Shown: positions 19,961 to 30,043 of the stretch, one piece after another
Position numbering within the stretch: position 1 is the stretch's first letter
Layout of the letters: each line of letters begins with the position of its first letter
NCBI GenBank assembly: GCA_051652385.1
Contig: JBOFUD010000535.1
Coordinates: forward strand, 1 to 48,813
Direction: 5' to 3'
Length of the DNA: 48,813 bases
From: Flavobacterium sp.
GTDB taxonomy: Bacteria; Bacteroidota; Bacteroidia; Flavobacteriales; Flavobacteriaceae
Program-made: the position numbers and the translations under genes
The notes under the pieces: model-generated
Told to the model about the DNA's origin: nothing
Database searches by the model: none
The model's input: the letters and a program-made list of their open reading frames with translations, nothing else

Positions 19961-20662
19961 ATGGATACTACCCACTGTCTACCTCGTTATGACAACTGTC
20001 AAAACGATCTTATCTTACAAGGCAATCTTCATAATCAAATTGGTAGCGGAGTTCGCGATGCTATTAAAGAAACTTCTGATGCGGCAAGAGACGCAATGGA
20101 AGCATCTAATCGTAATGGAATTGCTGCAATCAAAGAAACTTCTGATTCTGCTCGTGATAATATTCGCGAAACTTCAAGAGTTGGACACGATCTTAGTAAA
20201 GACATCTCTGACGCCAGATCTGAATCTTCAAGAGGTGATGCTGAAGGAAGGCTTCAAACTGCAATTATCAGTGGTGAAATTCGTGAGTTAGTTAATACAA
20301 CTGCCGCTTCTAATCTTATTGCCATCAAAGACAATGGATTTTCTATTCGTGAAGAAGGTTGTAAAACTCGTGAAAAAATCTGTGATACTGAGCATAACTT
20401 AACTAAGCAAATTTTTTCTTTAGAAAAAGAAACTTTAAAAGGTTTCCACCAAACTCAATTAGAAGCTCTAAAAAACAAATGCGATTTAGAAGCTAAATTA
20501 GCTGAGTGTTGTTGTGAGTTAAAAGCCCTTAGTTTAAGCGAAAATAACGCTACTAGAGCTTTGATTTTGTCCGAAGGTCAAAAAGTCCTTGCAGCTGAAA
20601 ATTCTAATTTAAAACTAGAATTGCTTTTAAAAAATAACTCTAAAGGAAATGGCAATAGCTAA
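19961..20662 (+). CDS. Helical repeat protein with a CCC motif, function unknown
   Basis: AIKETSD.ARD repeats; LAECCCELK; ATG 19961 or 19922. Confidence 0.65.
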   Translation: MDTTHCLPRYDNCQNDLILQGNLHNQIGSGVRDAIKETSDAARDAMEASNRNGIAAIKETSDSARDNIRETSRVGHDLSKDISDARSESSRGDAEGRLQTAIISGEIRELVNTTAASNLIAIKDNGFSIREEGCKTREKICDTEHNLTKQIFSLEKETLKGFHQTQLEALKNKCDLEAKLAECCCELKALSLSENNATRALILSEGQKVLAAENSNLKLELLLKNNSKGNGNS

Positions 20663-20692
20663 ATCTTAAAGATTATCACGCAATTGGCTGCG

Positions 20693-20728
20693 TGGTGGGG
20701 TGAGGGACTTTAAAATCTCTCATCTCAC
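20693..20728. terminator. Hairpin between the convergent late and replication transcription units
   Basis: GTGGGGTGAGGGA-ctttaaaa-TCTCTCATCTCAC stem with G-U pairs on the + strand. Confidence 0.55.
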
Positions 20729-20788
20729 GAAATTGCCAAACTTTATATATAATTTATATTTTTTATTTGTAAATTTATTTTTTGTTTA

Positions 20789-21073
20789 TTAATCCCACAA
20801 ACCTCTTAGATATTTACCAAATAATTCAAATCCTTCTTTGATTTTATTTTCATAATCCCTAAATTCTTCCGTAGTCATCTTTTTATAAATAAACTCTTTT
20901 TTATATTCAATAAATGCAAAAATCATTTTATCTAAAATACCTTCCCACTCTTCCTGACTAGACAAAGAAGCCGGATGACCGCACCGCTTCATCTTCTTAA
21001 ATGCTTTTAATCTTGGTAGTACAAAACTAATTATTGTCTGATCTAAGTTCCAAAGTTCTATTTTCTTTACCAT
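20789..21073 (-). CDS. Conserved-looking phage hypothetical protein
   Basis: W.LD......LPRLK.FK....GHP...W..ILDKMI.AF...GF.LFGKY...LWD pattern. Confidence 0.65.
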   Translation of the reverse strand: MVKKIELWNLDQTIISFVLPRLKAFKKMKRCGHPASLSSQEEWEGILDKMIFAFIEYKKEFIYKKMTTEEFRDYENKIKEGFELFGKYLRGLWD

Positions 21074-21465
21074 AAATCACTCGCTTTAAATTTTTTAATT
21101 TCTTTCTCAAATTCTTTTGTAAGTTTTTCAATATCTTTTTTATTTATTTTTTTCTCAAGTTCTAACATATCATCACCATAAAGTGCGTAGTTTCTTAGAC
21201 TTACAGGATATTTCTTGCCGTTTAATCCAACTTTTAACTTTAATCCCTTCCATTTGAATAAATCTTTTGGTTTGCACTTATATCTCAACGCATCAACTAT
21301 CTCGCCAATATCCCAAAAATCATCATTAACTACTAATATTCCACCGACCTTATCATCATAATCAGTCCAATAAACATCCGAAGCATTATCTCCGTAATAT
21401 TTCTTTACAAAAGCATCCGCTAATTCTTGGGTTGCCTTTTCCCACGCTTTAAGTTCTTTAGTCAT
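21067..21465 (-). CDS. Hypothetical protein
   Basis: 132 aa; overlaps neighbours in the operon. Confidence 0.6.
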   Translation of the reverse strand: MTKELKAWEKATQELADAFVKKYYGDNASDVYWTDYDDKVGGILVVNDDFWDIGEIVDALRYKCKPKDLFKWKGLKLKVGLNGKKYPVSLRNYALYGDDMLELEKKINKKDIEKLTKEFEKEIKKFKASDLW

Positions 21466-21673
21466 TTTCTAATTTATTTAAATTATTAGTTGTTATTGCC
21501 ATTGCTAGGTAGTGTTTGATATTAAATAAATTTACATCTTCGTCTTTTAGTCTGTTATAATGATTCTCCACTTCTTTCAAACCTTCCTCAGTAAATATTA
21601 GATGTTGTGGATTAAACCCTTCAAGAAATTTATTTATTTCTATTTCTAAAGAATTTGGTAATTTATTTGTCAT
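21458..21673 (-). CDS. Hypothetical protein
   Basis: 71 aa; coupled to neighbours. Confidence 0.55.
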   Translation of the reverse strand: MTNKLPNSLEIEINKFLEGFNPQHLIFTEEGLKEVENHYNRLKDEDVNLFNIKHYLAMAITTNNLNKLEND

Positions 21674-21819
21674 TATTTCCCCTTAGTTGGTTTATTTAAT
21701 TTTGCTAGTCTTTTAAAAGTTTCTGTAAATCCAATCTGCGCCCCACAAAAACCAATCCAGCCAGCCAAAGCATAAATTATAATTCTCATTACAATTTCTA
21801 ATGTCAGCATTATTCCCAT
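21673..21819 (-). CDS. 48-aa membrane micro-protein (not in track)
   Basis: MGIMLTLEIVMRIIIYALAGWIGFCGAQ...KGK*; TAATG overlaps at both ends fill the gap exactly. Confidence 0.55.
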   Translation of the reverse strand: MGIMLTLEIVMRIIIYALAGWIGFCGAQIGFTETFKRLAKLNKPTKGK

Positions 21820-22643
21820 TATTTCCCCTCCAATCTCTTAACCCAATCACTCAATAAACAATACTTATCAATATTACAACCCTTGAAATGGTAAGTTTGT
21901 TGAATATCAAAAAACCTATTAGCTTTAAGAACTCCAAATCTAACATTCCCATCTTTGAATTTAATCACGACTTCTGGGTTTCCAACTGCTTTGTTGAATT
22001 TTGGCAGATCGTTGGCATCTTTCCATATGCTTTTACTCTTAGGATTTTCCCATAAAGTCTCACATTTCCATTCCTTTTTCTCCTCACCCATTGGCACAAA
22101 TTTAGAACCGCCTCCCAAAAACCCACCACCTTTAATAATAACTTCAGCCCTTAAAGCTTCAATTGCATTAACAAGATTTTGCGCTTCTTCAAGAAGATGC
22201 CTTATTCTGTAATAAAAACAGTTATTCATTTTCTCTAATGTAAAACCATAATCTTGAGGGCGACCATATTCATATAATCTGGTTTTCAACTCCTCTAACG
22301 CTCTATCAACTTTCTCTCCAAAATGCAATTTTCCTGTAAATGATAGGTTGGTATCGTTCATAGATTTTTCATTGCATTTTCCATAGCTGCAACCATATTG
22401 TCCTTTAAATATTTCGGGATGGTTACAGCCATTTTCTATATCTTCTTCAAGATTATTATCTGACAAAATACTACTAATAAAATCCTGCCAACCAATTACT
22501 CTTCTTTCTTGCCCATCTAAACTAGAAAAAACAATCCTAGATGCAAAAGTTGAGAATTTGTCGTTGAATGCTATTTCAGAAAACTCTTGTTCAATTTTAT
22601 GTGTAGCTTTTTCAGTTCCTTTCTTTTTGTAGTATTTTATCAT
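21819..22643 (-). CDS. Hypothetical protein
   Basis: 274 aa in the operon. Confidence 0.6.
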   Translation of the reverse strand: MIKYYKKKGTEKATHKIEQEFSEIAFNDKFSTFASRIVFSSLDGQERRVIGWQDFISSILSDNNLEEDIENGCNHPEIFKGQYGCSYGKCNEKSMNDTNLSFTGKLHFGEKVDRALEELKTRLYEYGRPQDYGFTLEKMNNCFYYRIRHLLEEAQNLVNAIEALRAEVIIKGGGFLGGGSKFVPMGEEKKEWKCETLWENPKSKSIWKDANDLPKFNKAVGNPEVVIKFKDGNVRFGVLKANRFFDIQQTYHFKGCNIDKYCLLSDWVKRLEGK

Positions 22644-22888
22644 AATTCCCTCGCGATTTGTTGTTGTTTGCTTAATTCAGCCATAATCTCCGTCAAGTTT
22701 GTTTCTTTTATTGAAACATCTTTTGGCACCATATTTGCTATTACATTCACCCTTTTTCTTAAATTACATAGGTATTCAAAGTAAGCCCGGATTATATGTT
22801 GGGGGGCTTTACTTCGCTGGTTCCACACAATTAAACCCTCAATCTTGTCTAAAATTACTTGATGATATAAATTATTAAGAATATTCAT
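22640..22888 (-). CDS. Hypothetical protein
   Basis: 82 aa; ATGA overlaps. Confidence 0.55.
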   Translation of the reverse strand: MNILNNLYHQVILDKIEGLIVWNQRSKAPQHIIRAYFEYLCNLRKRVNVIANMVPKDVSIKETNLTEIMAELSKQQQIAREL

Positions 22889-23358
22889 AACTGACCCCCT
22901 TTTGAGATTATAAACCCTAGCAAAGCTAAAGCATCGGCGTGGTTATCATCAACTGGATTATGGCCAGCTTTTGACATTGCTAATATTACTTCGTCTTTAG
23001 AAGCATTGCCTTTTCCGGTAGCGTGTTTTTTGATAGTGCCAACCGGAACGCCACCATACGGGATTTTATGTTTTTCACACCAAGTGCAGAGAGTAGCCAT
23101 TAACCCTCCATAAACGTGCGCGGCATCAACCCCAATGTGTTTTCTGACCGCTTCATAATAAACTGCTTTGATTGGGTGTTCCAAAATTACTTGATCCAGC
23201 CATTTGGCAAATTTCAAATAGCGCATCCCAGCGCCATCATACTTCGCTGGCTTAAAAGAAATTGAGCCGCCAACAACTTTTATGGCTTCTTCATCTTCTG
23301 AAAAACTAAGGGCAAAACCAGTTTGGGTGCCTAAATCTAGTGCTAAAATGTTATTCAT
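22885..23358 (-). CDS. RuvC-like Holliday junction resolvase
   Basis: ILALDLG..TG, YYE, VGTIKKHATGKGNASK, DDNHADAL. Confidence 0.85.
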   Translation of the reverse strand: MNNILALDLGTQTGFALSFSEDEEAIKVVGGSISFKPAKYDGAGMRYLKFAKWLDQVILEHPIKAVYYEAVRKHIGVDAAHVYGGLMATLCTWCEKHKIPYGGVPVGTIKKHATGKGNASKDEVILAMSKAGHNPVDDNHADALALLGFIISKGGQL

Positions 23359-23627
23359 ATTTTTTTGAATTGTTTTAGTTCTTCTTTTAAGTCTTCAATT
23401 TCTAGTATTAATTCATCAATTTCATCATCTTTTTCTTGTGTCAGCCTTTCCATTTCTGCTTCAGATGATTCTCTAACCTCATACGCTCCTTCTTCTGCCA
23501 TTTCATTAATTATTTCCTCAATAGCTTTTTCAGTTTTTTCTAAAAGATTATTTTCTTCTAAAAATTTTATAATTTTTTCTGCTTCTTGAAAAAGCATTTC
23601 TTTTCTGAGTAAGTCAATTAGTCCCAT
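23355..23627 (-). CDS. Acidic coiled-coil hypothetical protein
   Basis: Glu-rich; start uncertain. Confidence 0.5.
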   Translation of the reverse strand: MGLIDLLRKEMLFQEAEKIIKFLEENNLLEKTEKAIEEIINEMAEEGAYEVRESSEAEMERLTQEKDDEIDELILEIEDLKEELKQFKKI

Positions 23628-23835
23628 TTTTCTCCTTTTCAATTAATTTATTTAAATACCAAGCTGCTTTCTGTAAATCTTCAAGCGGCTTGCCTTTATG
23701 ACGATGACGAGCTACATACTTGACTACGCAGCCCTCCGCAAAATCTAATTTCTGATCTTCAATGAAATCAAAAACTTCGATTTTGCCTTGTTTGTAGTGA
23801 GATGGGGAATTTATTGGGTCTGATATTTTTTCCAT
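23614..23835 (-). CDS. DUF3310 family protein
   Basis: D.INSPSHY...IEV...F..G.VVKY..R..HKG...EDL.KA.WY. Confidence 0.85.
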   Translation of the reverse strand: MEKISDPINSPSHYKQGKIEVFDFIEDQKLDFAEGCVVKYVARHRHKGKPLEDLQKAAWYLNKLIEKEKNGTN

Positions 23836-23841
23836 AATTTG

Positions 23842-25914
23842 TTATTTCCTATATCTAAAACCAGTCCAGCCTTCTGCTGCAATTGGGCAGCCTTTCGCCC
23901 ATTCTGGTTTTGTCGTTAATAAATCAATAAAGTAGTCTAAATTTGTAATATAAAAAAGTGTGCCCATACCAAAGCATTTAATACGATCTTTTTCTCTTTT
24001 TGGCTCTATTGCACTTTCAGCAATCAATTCATCGTGAACAGATAACAAAATTTTAAACCCTGCTTCTTCACAACGAAGCATTGCTTCAGCCATTAAATCG
24101 CGCGCAACTGCTTGGGTAATATTCTCAACCAGTCGTCCGCCGTAAGTGCCTTCTTCGGTGAATTTTCTGGTTACGGAATTTTCACCCCAGAAATATAACT
24201 TATCTGTTTCAGAACCCCACGGCGTAATCACCGGGGAAATTCTTGGCTTGTAATATGAAAGCAAACGCCCACTTGGTAATCTGCAATGTAAGAATTTGCC
24301 AACTTTTGCCCAAGAAACTTTACCACAGTGAACAACTTCACCAGTTTTTACCGCTTGAATTGCTGCTCTTTCTACCTCCCCCCATAAATTAACCACTGGG
24401 GAATGAATTTCGCGGTAAGTAGTTTTGGCTAATTCTGCAAGATCAAAACTAACATCCATATTGTAATTGGCACAAGTTTCTTGGAATTTTTTGGCACCCA
24501 TACCATATCCACAGCCAAGAATGGCTTGCTTACCGAGTGCGCGTAAATCTTTGGTAATTTCTTCTGGCTTTTTATCATAAATTTTGCAAGCCATATCAAT
24601 ATACAAATCTTGGTTTTCTTCATACATCCTAACACCTTCTTCGTGACCCGCGAGCCAAAATAAAACCCGAGCTTCAATTGATGCATAGTCTGCCACATAA
24701 AGCTGGTGGTTTCCACTTGGCACAATTATGCCACGGATGCAAGAGCTTAAAACATCTTTAACATTTTTGTACCGTGCGCGCAAGGCTTCAATATCAAAAT
24801 TTTTGATCAAGGCAATCGCTTCTTCTTGCTCTGCTTCATTTTTGAAAGCACCTCTCGGCAAATTTTGCATCTGAACAAGCTTACCAGTCCAGCGGCCGGT
24901 AGAAGCACCATGATACATAAGTAGGTCCCTAAGACGACCATCTGAACAAATAGAATTGAGAACTGTTGCATATTTTTTTACACTGGTTTTACCAACGGAT
25001 TGGCGGATTTCTAAAACTTCTTTTAATAACGAGTCTGCTTGGACCTCTGGTTTTGATAAGAGTGTCCGGATTGTTCCCGCGGAAACATCTTCAATTAGGT
25101 TTTCTAGTCTAGTATTGACAAAAGCTAAAATCTGTCCAACGTTTGTCGCTCTGGTGATTTCACCTTTGGTGATTCCATAAATTCTTTCATTCAAATAAGC
25201 ATCTTCTAAGTCTGACATTTCACTTGCTGCTTGGGCTAGTTTGAAGTCAACATTAACACCACGCATATTTATTTTCTGATCAAGTAGCCACACATCTAGT
25301 TCCGTGCCAGAAAGTGGGCGCAGAGTCTTCCAAAGCTCGCGCTCAGTTAAAGTATCTTGAATACAATAATCATAGAGCTTCTCAAAATAATGTGGCGCGC
25401 TCGCTTGAGTATGGAACGGGCTTTTATTTAATTTTGTTTCTTTCCTTGGTTTTGATAGTGCCATCATAACTTTGTGGCCATCGTCATCCTTTTGTTGCTT
25501 CAGGTTTAACGCTGTGCCGACATTTGACAATGCTCTTGGCAGTGCAAAAGAAGCTGCAACGGCAGCCGAGCATCGCCACCTGTCATTAGCAATTTTTGGC
25601 ATCCCGTATTTTTTGACCATTACATTTTGCCAGATACATTTTTCAAAGAAAGCATTGTGAGCGACAAAGATACATTCTTTATCACTTAACAATTCTTCAA
25701 ACTCTTTGATCATATCTTCGCGCGAAGTCTGTTTATTAATCAGACTAGGGCGGAAGGTTTCTGGCACGAACAGCTTAGGCGCATCATCCCAATCTGCCCA
25801 TACCATACAAAGAATATCTGTCGATGGAGATTCTGAATAAACAAAAGTGCCAGAAGATTTGAGGTCAACTGTGCTCCTTGTTTCAAAATCTATGAATATG
25901 ACTTTCTTGGTCAT
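23842..25914 (-). CDS. Family A DNA polymerase with 3'-5' exonuclease
   Basis: IDFET (ExoI), AHNAFFE, YC.QD, TGRW, ADYASIEARV (motif A), R..GK...LG.GYG (motif B), VHDE (motif C). Confidence 0.95.
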   Translation of the reverse strand: MTKKVIFIDFETRSTVDLKSSGTFVYSESPSTDILCMVWADWDDAPKLFVPETFRPSLINKQTSREDMIKEFEELLSDKECIFVAHNAFFEKCIWQNVMVKKYGMPKIANDRWRCSAAVAASFALPRALSNVGTALNLKQQKDDDGHKVMMALSKPRKETKLNKSPFHTQASAPHYFEKLYDYCIQDTLTERELWKTLRPLSGTELDVWLLDQKINMRGVNVDFKLAQAASEMSDLEDAYLNERIYGITKGEITRATNVGQILAFVNTRLENLIEDVSAGTIRTLLSKPEVQADSLLKEVLEIRQSVGKTSVKKYATVLNSICSDGRLRDLLMYHGASTGRWTGKLVQMQNLPRGAFKNEAEQEEAIALIKNFDIEALRARYKNVKDVLSSCIRGIIVPSGNHQLYVADYASIEARVLFWLAGHEEGVRMYEENQDLYIDMACKIYDKKPEEITKDLRALGKQAILGCGYGMGAKKFQETCANYNMDVSFDLAELAKTTYREIHSPVVNLWGEVERAAIQAVKTGEVVHCGKVSWAKVGKFLHCRLPSGRLLSYYKPRISPVITPWGSETDKLYFWGENSVTRKFTEEGTYGGRLVENITQAVARDLMAEAMLRCEEAGFKILLSVHDELIAESAIEPKREKDRIKCFGMGTLFYITNLDYFIDLLTTKPEWAKGCPIAAEGWTGFRYRK

Positions 25915-26618
25915 TATCTTTTAGCCCCAGTTAAACGAGCCAATTGAGCTTCTTCATCTGAATCGTCTTCTTCAGATTCAATTGATTCAAATTCTTTAGA
26001 TGCTTTGACACGGCCAGAGAAAGATTCATCATCTCTAACTTTTTGGACGTTTTGAAGTGAGAAAGAAATACCAACGCCACCCGGATTTTTCTTGTTCAAG
26101 CCCCATTCGAAAGCGTTAAGAGTAACACGAACCCAGCAACCAGCATAAACGTCTTTGTCAGTTAGATCACTAACATCTTCTAGTTTTTTAGCTGCAACCG
26201 GATCAACTTGTGCTTTCCTTTCTAAAGCATCTCTTTCTTCTTTAGTTAGAATATCTTTAGCATATTGATCAACAACACCCGGTTGGTTTGGGCTTCCAGC
26301 GCTCACAACCCAGCAGCCTTTTGTTTCATCACGGCCAGTTCTTTCAGCTTCAGCATCCCCATCTTTGATTGGCAATCTTAAACCTTTTGGAGCTTTACCA
26401 TTGAACTTTTCTTGAAGAACGTGATCAATTGCAGCTTCTAGGGCTTCATAGCAAAGTTTGTCTTCCTTTGGAATCATCATGGAAAGTGTATATTTTCCAG
26501 TGTCTTTTCCTAAAGTGTCTTTGGCTGTTTCATAAAGATTTGGGAAGCTCAAACGAACTGCACCAGTAAATACTTTATTTTTGATTGCGTCATAACGCGC
26601 TTTTAAGATAGTTGTCAT
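25914..26618 (-). CDS. Single-stranded DNA-binding protein (DUF2815-like)
   Basis: VRLSFPNL, KY...MIPK, LPIKDGD, VYAGCWVR, L.NVQKVRD; acidic tail. Confidence 0.85.
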   Translation of the reverse strand: MTTILKARYDAIKNKVFTGAVRLSFPNLYETAKDTLGKDTGKYTLSMMIPKEDKLCYEALEAAIDHVLQEKFNGKAPKGLRLPIKDGDAEAERTGRDETKGCWVVSAGSPNQPGVVDQYAKDILTKEERDALERKAQVDPVAAKKLEDVSDLTDKDVYAGCWVRVTLNAFEWGLNKKNPGGVGISFSLQNVQKVRDDESFSGRVKASKEFESIESEEDDSDEEAQLARLTGAKR

Positions 26619-26633
26619 AATTTTTTTCTATTT

Positions 26634-27872
26634 TTAGTTGATAGCCTCGAAGTCGGAAGTGACTTCAATAGCTGATTTTTTATTTGAATCCTTAACCAAA
26701 CTTGTGCCTAAATCTGGGCTTTCAGTTAGAGAAGCAATCAAATTCTTATCCACCTTCAATTTTTTCTCAATCTGGGCGGGTGATAACAAATTAGGCTCAG
26801 TAGAAATTTTAGCCAAATCTTCCGGATCATTTACATCTAAAAGCAGTGCATCAATAATTTGGGCTGTTGCATGCTCAATGTTTTTCCATTTTCTGTGGCC
26901 TTTCTTTTGAACCAATTTGTAACCGGGTATTCTATCCCCTCTCAAGGCGCGTTCGTGTGCATATTCTGCAATCGATTTTGCCCAATCGGAAATAGTAGAC
27001 GCAGCCTCTAAAACTTTTACCAATTCGTCTTCGGTAAGCATATTAGGTGCTGGTAGTAAAACTTTGTCATTAGCAAAATCTGCTTTTGCAATGGCAAAAT
27101 TATCTTCTCTCAACTTCGGGCAGATCGGCTTTGCATTGCAAAATCTGCAATGTTTCCCCGATTTAAATTCTGCGTCTGGATCAAGAGTTCTTACAACAGC
27201 TTTTTTTAGCTCTTCACCGAAGGCTAAAAGTTCTGCCATTGAAATTGTGGTTCTTCTTACTGGCCCATCTGGATGTTCACAGCGTGGCTGAACAACCACC
27301 ATTTCAACTTCTTTAAAGTCATTCTTGAATTTGTGCGCCGCGCCGAGTGCATAATACATCATTTGAGCATTATTTTCCACTTCAACCGGAACGCCAGCAC
27401 CATATTTCAAATCATAGACTGTGATTTTATCATATGGTCTAACAATGATAGCATCATTGGTGCCAAACATTTCTGGATGGATGAATGAGAGATCAATTTT
27501 AGACTCAATGAATACTTCTTTGTAATCAGAAGTTGATTCTTCTTCTGCAATCTCATCAATATATATCATTACATTTTCCATCATTTCTTTGGTAACTTCG
27601 ATGTCTCTTTTAGGGCCTAATTTTTTCCCTAATAGTTCATTAAAATCCCAGTAAGGATTGGTAGATTTTCCTAATACTGAATTTAAAATCATTTCCGACA
27701 ATTCGTGAGCAGCAGTGCCTTCATCAGCAAAAGCAGAATCCCTATTTTTGATTGGATTTTCTGCCAAAAATCTTACTGACGCTGGGCATTCCATCCACCG
27801 ATAGGCGGAAGATGCCCCAAGGCTACTGTGCAATTTTGGTGCTTCACTGTGAACTTTTTTATTTTTTGTCAT
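26634..27872 (-). CDS. Cas4-like PD-(D/E)XK nuclease (DUF2800-like)
   Basis: HS.L.ASS..RW..CP, EGTAAH, FGT.D, DLKYG.G, QPR, HCRFC....C. Confidence 0.9.
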   Translation of the reverse strand: MTKNKKVHSEAPKLHSSLGASSAYRWMECPASVRFLAENPIKNRDSAFADEGTAAHELSEMILNSVLGKSTNPYWDFNELLGKKLGPKRDIEVTKEMMENVMIYIDEIAEEESTSDYKEVFIESKIDLSFIHPEMFGTNDAIIVRPYDKITVYDLKYGAGVPVEVENNAQMMYYALGAAHKFKNDFKEVEMVVVQPRCEHPDGPVRRTTISMAELLAFGEELKKAVVRTLDPDAEFKSGKHCRFCNAKPICPKLREDNFAIAKADFANDKVLLPAPNMLTEDELVKVLEAASTISDWAKSIAEYAHERALRGDRIPGYKLVQKKGHRKWKNIEHATAQIIDALLLDVNDPEDLAKISTEPNLLSPAQIEKKLKVDKNLIASLTESPDLGTSLVKDSNKKSAIEVTSDFEAIN

Positions 27873-28366
27873 TATTTCGCTCCAAATTTGCCTTTATTAG
27901 CCAATTCAATAAACTCTTTGAATTTTGATTCTGGCAAATCCCCGAGGATTTCAACATTAAAATGTTGTAAGAGCGCTTGGCTGGAAGCATAATCTTTGTG
28001 TTTAGCCAAATAAGCTCTCAAGGTATCAAGGCAATCTTCTAGGGTAAATTCAATCTCTTGTTTAATATCCTCTGGAGGGTTAGGTTCCGTTGCTTCTACA
28101 ATAACTGTTGCAGGACTTAAGACTACTTCAACGGTATCTTTTTTAGCACGAGTTCTTTTAGGTTTTTCTTCTTTGACAATTCCCTCGTAATTTTTTCCTT
28201 GAAGACTTGGGATTTCCTCCGCGCATTCTGGCTGAATCTGGTTGAATTCAAAACCTTTCTCCTTCAAAGATTTAAGTGGACTTTCCACATAATTTGCTGG
28301 GTTCAAACCATCAGCTACTCGGTTCATCACCTTAGCTAGTTCTAAAATTGCATTCTCTAATGACAT
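27872..28366 (-). CDS. Hypothetical protein typical upstream of DUF2800 genes
   Basis: MSLENAI.EL N-term, low-complexity middle, small helical C-terminal domain. Confidence 0.6.
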   Translation of the reverse strand: MSLENAILELAKVMNRVADGLNPANYVESPLKSLKEKGFEFNQIQPECAEEIPSLQGKNYEGIVKEEKPKRTRAKKDTVEVVLSPATVIVEATEPNPPEDIKQEIEFTLEDCLDTLRAYLAKHKDYASSQALLQHFNVEILGDLPESKFKEFIELANKGKFGAK

Positions 28367-28374
28367 AATCTTTT

Positions 28375-29991
28375 TTATATAATTTTGTTAATATTTTTCA
28401 TACGAGACACGACTGTGCCAAGTACGCGGGCATCTATGCTTTCTTCCACAACCAGAAATTGTGCCAAAACATTATCATTTTGCCCAATTCGATGACATCG
28501 ATCAATAGCTTGATCAATTTCGGATGGAAGCCAACTAGATTCTATAAAAATTATTCTTGATGCAGCAGTAAGAGTGATACCAACTCCGGCGGCTTGAATG
28601 TTGCCAATGAAAAGTTTGCACTCTGGTTTATTTTGGAAATTATTGACTGCTATCTGGCGCTCATTCACACAAGTTTCACCGGTAATTACTGCTGGGAAAA
28701 GCATATCTTTTCTATTGGTAAAATGACTTTGCAAAATTTTGATCACCTCTTTATGCCAGGCAAATACCACAATTTTATCAACACTTTCTAATTCATCTTC
28801 AATGAATTTTATGCACTCTGGCAATTTGGCAAGTGCAAGTTCTTTGCGAATGGTAGCCAAATGCCCGACGGCTTTTACTTCTTGTTTTTGAATTGCCATT
28901 TCAATCTCATCTTTTGGCAATAATGTTTCTTTTCTAACTACCACTTTGGTATCTTTGTTTTGAGCCAAAGTGATGATTTGATACTGTTTTGGTGGTAACT
29001 GCTTCAAGACATCTTTTTTCTCCCTGCGGATCATAAAAGTTGATCTGAGGCGCAATGCAAGCTCTTCTTCATTTTTGCTGCCAACAATTTCTTTGCCAAA
29101 AACTTTAGTAACCACATTGCAGAATTTTTCAGCAAATTTCCAGTAGGTATTGTACGGCGCAATCGACTCTGGGCATAACGCCGCGCAGATTGGAAAAATA
29201 TCAACTGGATGTTTGGTAATTGGTGTGCCAGTAAGCGCGATAGTTTTTTTGCAATATTTGATCAGCGCATCTTTTGCTAAGAGGATTTTCTGGGTTCTTT
29301 GGCTGTCCTTGTTCTTTAAGTAATGAGCTTCATCTAGTATTAGAAGATCTGGTTGTAAGGGTCTTAGGGATGCTAAATTTGCTGGTGAGAGAATGTCATA
29401 ATTCAGAATTATAATTCTAAATGGGAAAGAACTAAAAGAGAAATTACACATTCCATTTTCACCAGATATAACCCCTATATGCCAAGGTTTATTTAACCAT
29501 TTCTCTAATTCTTTTCTCCAATTCAATTTCAAAGTTGAAGGACTTAAAATAACAATAGTAATCAATTCCTCTTTTGAACATTGATCCCAATGTTTCCTTG
29601 ATTTACTTAATTCATTAATCACTCCGGCAATTTGCACCGTTTTACCAAGTCCTTGTTCATCAGCGAGCAGAAAGTTTTGATTTCTTTTTGAGATTTGGTT
29701 TACTGAAAAGCTTTGAAAGTCCTGTAGGTTGTTAGTCTGTAAGCCTTCAATTCTGTTAGATTGAGAAGATTTTTTGTAATTTAATTTTAATGGCAGTAAC
29801 TCCATTTCCGCGTGGCAATCATACTCAAAATCAAATTTCTCGCAGAATAAAAGTGCTTTAAACTTGTCTTCCGTGAACCAAAGCTTTAAGTCCTGATCCC
29901 ATTTAAAGCCTGATTGTTTTAATTTTTCACGGTTTGATGAATCCCCTATGAAATAAAATCTTTGATTCTGAAAGACAAGTTTTGCGGTCAT
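28375..29991 (-). CDS. SNF2-family helicase
   Basis: LADEQGLGKT, DEAH, LTGTP, AAGVGITLTAA, QAIDRCHRIGQ. Confidence 0.92.
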   Translation of the reverse strand: MTAKLVFQNQRFYFIGDSSNREKLKQSGFKWDQDLKLWFTEDKFKALLFCEKFDFEYDCHAEMELLPLKLNYKKSSQSNRIEGLQTNNLQDFQSFSVNQISKRNQNFLLADEQGLGKTVQIAGVINELSKSRKHWDQCSKEELITIVILSPSTLKLNWRKELEKWLNKPWHIGVISGENGMCNFSFSSFPFRIIILNYDILSPANLASLRPLQPDLLILDEAHYLKNKDSQRTQKILLAKDALIKYCKKTIALTGTPITKHPVDIFPICAALCPESIAPYNTYWKFAEKFCNVVTKVFGKEIVGSKNEEELALRLRSTFMIRREKKDVLKQLPPKQYQIITLAQNKDTKVVVRKETLLPKDEIEMAIQKQEVKAVGHLATIRKELALAKLPECIKFIEDELESVDKIVVFAWHKEVIKILQSHFTNRKDMLFPAVITGETCVNERQIAVNNFQNKPECKLFIGNIQAAGVGITLTAASRIIFIESSWLPSEIDQAIDRCHRIGQNDNVLAQFLVVEESIDARVLGTVVSRMKNINKII

Positions 29992-30043
29992 TTTCTTATT
30001 TTAACTGGTTTGACTAATTTTTGCTATTTTTTAAATCTATTAT

